Positions 28,535 through 32,000 of a stretch of 32,000 nucleotides of DNA are shown here, piece after piece (positions within the stretch are counted from its first letter, which is position 1; each line of letters opens with the position of its first letter). The stretch spans positions 96,322 through 128,321 of the forward strand of contig NZ_JAQFIQ010000001.1 of the NCBI RefSeq assembly GCF_029504745.1, read 5' to 3'. The notes under the pieces are model-generated. The model was given only the letters and a program-made list of their open reading frames with translations. It did not search any database and was not told the origin of the DNA. Both the position numbers and the translations under genes were made by a program. The DNA is from Breznakia sp. PF5-3. GTDB taxonomy: Bacteria; Bacillota_I; Bacilli_A; Erysipelotrichales; Erysipelotrichaceae.

Positions 28535-30322
28535 ATGACTGAAGATTTAAAAATAATACCTGTATCAGATGTTTTTGCTAATATTAATTACCTAGTGCCA
28601 ATTTACCAACGTAACTATGCATGGAGAGAAACGCAAATAGAACAATTAATTGAAGATGTTGAAAGTTCCATTGACGATTCTAATAAAAACTACTTCTTAG
28701 GGAACTTGATTGTTAATCAAACGGATAACAATGTTTACGAAGTGATTGATGGACAGCAGCGATTAACGACTTTATATCTTCTTGAAAAGTATTTAGAGGT
28801 TGAATTTGCGAAAGAGGCATTGCGATTTGAGGCACGCGAAAAATCAAATCGTACCCTTTCCAATATCAGTAATAGTAATAACCAAGAATTAATTGAAGAA
28901 TTATTATCACCAGAAATTCTGAATGGTTTTCAAATCGTTGATAACTACTTCAAGAATAAAAATATCGACAAAAACAGATTTGCTCAAAAGTTAAAACAGG
29001 TTTTTCTTATTCGTATACAAGTTCCGCAGAATATTGATTTAAACCATTATTTTGAAATTATGAATACGCGTGGAGAACAATTAGAACTTCACGAAATCGC
29101 TAAAGCTAAGTTGTTAGAAGCACTTGAAAGCGATCAAGATAGAAATATAGCAGCACAGATTTGGGAAAAATGTTCTGATATGAATTCCTATGTTCAGATG
29201 AATTTTGATGTGAGTGTGCGAAGGAGTATCTTTACCGAAAACTGGAGCAGTCTTATTCCATCAATTACAAATTTTGACTCTATAAAAAGTAAAATTTCTA
29301 CAGACAATAAATCTACAGACAAAAAGTGTTTAATTGATATCTTGAAAGAAAATAAAATGGTTTATGTGTCAGACATGCAATCTGAAGATGAGAATGAACG
29401 TTTTGAATCGACTATTTCATTTCCAAACTTTTTATTGCAAGTCAATTCGGTTCTGAGAAATATTGGAGAAGAGGATGCAAACCTTGATGATAAACACTTT
29501 CTTAATAATTTATCTTGGGCATGGTCATCACCTGAAAATGCGAAAAATTTCTTGTTCCATATATTGAAATGTCGAGTGTTATTTGACAAGTATGTTTTAA
29601 AACGTGAGTTTGCTAGAGATTACAAAGAAACGGGCAAATGGTCCCTACAGCGTTTAGAAAAATACCGGGATAGCAAGAAAAATAGTGATAAACCAAAATA
29701 CGTTGGTACATTTGGCGATGAAGGTAATGAAAATAAGAAGTTAAGAACTCTTCAATCTTGTTTGCGTATTACTTATACATCACCAAAAACTATGCACTGG
29801 ATTACCGTTACTTTATCTAGCTTGTTAGAGAATGAGGAAGCTGATATTATTACTGTGCTAGAAAACTACTGTAAAAAGAAAGTCGTTGATTCCGATTACC
29901 AAAACCGAAACGGTTTTGAATTTGAACGCATTGTATTTTCATATCTTGATTATTTAATTTATCGAGATGGATATTCGTATGATGGAGAAGAAATAATATC
30001 ACCAATGCAAGAGGATTGGCAATTCCAGTTTAGAAGTTCCATTGAACATTTCCAACCTCAGCATCCAGTTGAAGGAGATTCTTGGGAACAGGGCGACTTG
30101 AACGAATTCGGTAATTTAGCGTTAATAACGGTTTCGGGGAACTCTAAGTTTTCTAACTTGCCACCTGCTGGAAAAATTAATTCATATCCGAGTGTCATCA
30201 GTCAAAGTCTGAAATTAAAAATCATGGAAAAAATGACGAGACTTGATGATGGAAAATGGACAGAAGAAAAGTCAAGTAGACATAAAAAAGAAATGTTCAG
30301 CATTTTGAAAAATAAAGGGTAG
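28535..30322 (+). CDS. GmrSD-family type IV (modification-dependent) restriction endonuclease-like protein (DUF262 + DUF1524)
   Basis: 595-aa ORF. The N-terminal DUF262 motifs are VPIYQRNYAW, IDGQQRLTTLYLL and FEIMNTRGEQLELHEIAKAKLL. The C-terminal DUF1524 His-Me finger-like motif is SIEHFQPQHP ... FGNLALITVSGNSKFSN. The gene starts 3 nt after the preceding stop. Confidence 0.88.
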   Translation: MTEDLKIIPVSDVFANINYLVPIYQRNYAWRETQIEQLIEDVESSIDDSNKNYFLGNLIVNQTDNNVYEVIDGQQRLTTLYLLEKYLEVEFAKEALRFEAREKSNRTLSNISNSNNQELIEELLSPEILNGFQIVDNYFKNKNIDKNRFAQKLKQVFLIRIQVPQNIDLNHYFEIMNTRGEQLELHEIAKAKLLEALESDQDRNIAAQIWEKCSDMNSYVQMNFDVSVRRSIFTENWSSLIPSITNFDSIKSKISTDNKSTDKKCLIDILKENKMVYVSDMQSEDENERFESTISFPNFLLQVNSVLRNIGEEDANLDDKHFLNNLSWAWSSPENAKNFLFHILKCRVLFDKYVLKREFARDYKETGKWSLQRLEKYRDSKKNSDKPKYVGTFGDEGNENKKLRTLQSCLRITYTSPKTMHWITVTLSSLLENEEADIITVLENYCKKKVVDSDYQNRNGFEFERIVFSYLDYLIYRDGYSYDGEEIISPMQEDWQFQFRSSIEHFQPQHPVEGDSWEQGDLNEFGNLALITVSGNSKFSNLPPAGKINSYPSVISQSLKLKIMEKMTRLDDGKWTEEKSSRHKKEMFSILKNKG

Positions 30323-30380
30323 AACAATACTTCAATACACAACGATTTATATATAGTAATAATAATCCTATTACAGGATC

Positions 30381-30415
30381 AAAAAACCTAAAGTTACTTG
30401 ATTTTAGGTTTTTTT
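30381..30415 (+). terminator. Rho-independent terminator after the DUF262-DUF1524 gene
   Basis: aaaacctaaa (30382-30391) pairs with tttaggtttt (30402-30411) across a 10-nt loop. A T-run follows. Confidence 0.8.
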
Positions 30416-30755
30416 AGTATTTACATCTATATAAACTACTGCTTGTTAACTTAGTTCTTCTTTTTTATATTCTAATTTCAAATAAAATTATAAGTGAAAT
30501 ATATAAAAAAACAAAAAATGAATATAATATTTATGTTACTATATAACTAAATATAAAAAGACAAACTATTAGATGTCAATAGCTAAATAAAATTAACTAT
30601 AATCTATCAAAAAAGTGCAATTGTCTTGCTTCAGAGGTGAATCCTCTATAAAAATCTTGTTGCTAGTGCTTGAAATTGGTCACTAAAAACAACTATTTGA
30701 TTATTACAATTTCAATAGTCTAATTTACTGGGACTGTAGAGAATAATAGTAATAT

Positions 30756-32000
30756 CTATTCATCATATTTTGTATAAATGAAGTCAAATATTTCACCGTT
30801 TATATCAGAATATGAATAGATTTGTTTTCTAGTATTTCTAGGGATTTCAGTTGAAATGTTCGTGAAGAACGTTGTTTGGGTTTCTTCATTTAGCAGCATT
30901 AACTGCTCATAAGAGATTACAAACTTAGTACCTGTTTTAAGTACTGAATAAACATATCTGGCAACCTTGTTTGCAATAGCTGTGACTGCTAACTTATGAC
31001 GTTTCTTGTTTCCGTTCTTGATTTTCTCAAAGTGAGCTTTAAGAACAGGATTATGACGGCGAGCAAATTCGGCAATCATATAGATAGCATGACGTAAATA
31101 ACGCGAACCACGTTTAGAGATTTTACCATGAGTATCTACAGAGGAACCAGACTTGGAGTTACAAGGACATAAACCAATGTAACTGACAAGTTTATCAGCA
31201 CAACTAAACAGTTTAATATCACTAATTTCAGAAAGAATAGCAGAAGCAGTGATATTACCACAACCAGGCATTGATTTTAATAAATCAAATGCTTCAAATG
31301 ATGAAGCAAGTACCTTCAATTCTTTTTCCAAAGAACGAAGAATTTCTTTAAGACGAAGTACTTCATCAACATTATCAAGGATAACGCGTTTCGAAGCGAG
31401 AGATATCTCAAAAGTGTTTAATGTATCTGAACACAAACGAAAGAGTTCATCAATCTTATCCATGCTTACACGCTTCTTACTAGCAGTAAAAGCAATGTTG
31501 TATACTTCCTCTTTGGAAGAATGCATGATATCATAAGTTGTAGGATATATTGATAAGATTGCAAGGAACACAGCAGATTTGGGTTCAAATACATACTGTA
31601 GTTCAGGAAAGTGTTTGTCACATCTACCAATGAGGCGATTAACTTCTTGAGTGTATGATTTCTTGCGTTGACAGTAACGGTGGAACGTATCTTTCAAATC
31701 AGTATGTCCTTTTATATTGGAATTAGGAGTTTTATTAACAAATAAAACATCATTCTCATTCGCAATAATAGAAGCAATAGATTGAGCATCAAGAGGATCA
31801 CTTTTACTCTTATTATGAGTGTCACACCAACGTTTAACATAAGTGGTGTTAAGTAACTTAACATGCTCATTATCAAGAGTATTAGAACATAGCCAATGAA
31901 AGAGGTTATCCATATAGTTACCAGTAACTTCCATCGCAAAAGTTATATTGGTACAATTAGAATTTGCAAAGGATCTAACAAGGTCAATGAAAGCATTGAC
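30756..32000 (-). CDS. IS110 family transposase / recombinase (N-terminus outside window)
   Basis: The minus-strand frame stays open from 31934 to base 32000 (VNAFIDLVRSFANSNCTNITFAMEVTGNYMDNL...). The true start is therefore beyond the window edge. DEDD-domain pieces are present (AMEVTGNY; KSDPLDAQSIA). So is the C-terminal Transposase_20 signature (MPGCGNITASAILSEI.DI..F....KLVSYIGLCP...SGSS......ISKRGSRYLRHAIY). Confidence 0.9.
   Translation of the reverse strand, partial: VNAFIDLVRSFANSNCTNITFAMEVTGNYMDNLFHWLCSNTLDNEHVKLLNTTYVKRWCDTHNKSKSDPLDAQSIASIIANENDVLFVNKTPNSNIKGHTDLKDTFHRYCQRKKSYTQEVNRLIGRCDKHFPELQYVFEPKSAVFLAILSIYPTTYDIMHSSKEEVYNIAFTASKKRVSMDKIDELFRLCSDTLNTFEISLASKRVILDNVDEVLRLKEILRSLEKELKVLASSFEAFDLLKSMPGCGNITASAILSEISDIKLFSCADKLVSYIGLCPCNSKSGSSVDTHGKISKRGSRYLRHAIYMIAEFARRHNPVLKAHFEKIKNGNKKRHKLAVTAIANKVARYVYSVLKTGTKFVISYEQLMLLNEETQTTFFTNISTEIPRNTRKQIYSYSDINGEIFDFIYTKYDE
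30756..32000 (-). mobile_element. IS110-family insertion sequence (partial; ends not determinable from this window)
   Basis: The call rests on the transposase above. IS110-family elements lack classical terminal inverted repeats, so I cannot place the 3' end within the AT-rich 30416-30755 spacer. Confidence 0.6.

Noticed and set aside
31249-31939. 95-aa plus-strand and 75-aa minus-strand ORFs inside the IS110 gene
   Set aside because: Both lie entirely within the well-supported IS110 transposase reading frame, one antisense and one alternative-frame. Neither has independent support.

Overview
The window is a low-GC Bacillota (Firmicutes) chromosomal segment. Synteny resembles Bacillus and Erysipelotrichia-type genomes, but I cannot assign the taxon from sequence alone. 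All calls come from reading the ORF translations and the DNA by eye; no homology search was run.

Positions 1-22891 form an ordinary housekeeping block:
- pfkA (3' part) and pyk
- an AI-2E family permease, rubrerythrin, a Nfu-type Fe-S protein and an S1-domain protein
- pgi and a small CxxC protein
- an ArsR/SmtB repressor with a Cd/Zn-type P1B ATPase, preceded by a clear palindromic operator
- two tandem LCP (LytR-CpsA-Psr) paralogues on the minus strand
- the conserved run pcrA-ligA-camS-gatCAB, a membrane-anchored hypothetical, and a RumA/RlmCD-type rRNA methyltransferase

Positions 22892-32000 form an accessory mosaic that looks like a decayed mobile element or defence island:
- an orphan 257-aa protein
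- a translationally coupled pair of unknown membrane proteins: a glycine-zipper/coiled-coil protein and a 453-aa protein
- a GC-richer, multiply disrupted remnant of a large serine recombinase
- a small excisionase-type HTH gene
- a 53-codon stub of a C5 DNA methyltransferase (motif I only), which runs directly into the next item
- a two-gene DUF262 / DUF262-DUF1524 (GmrSD-like, type IV restriction-like) cassette
- an IS110-family transposase that runs off the right edge of the window

The best candidates for something undescribed are the 23.9-25.8 kb membrane gene pair and the paired-DUF262 cassette that appears to have displaced a methyltransferase. I saw no rRNA, tRNA or CRISPR array.
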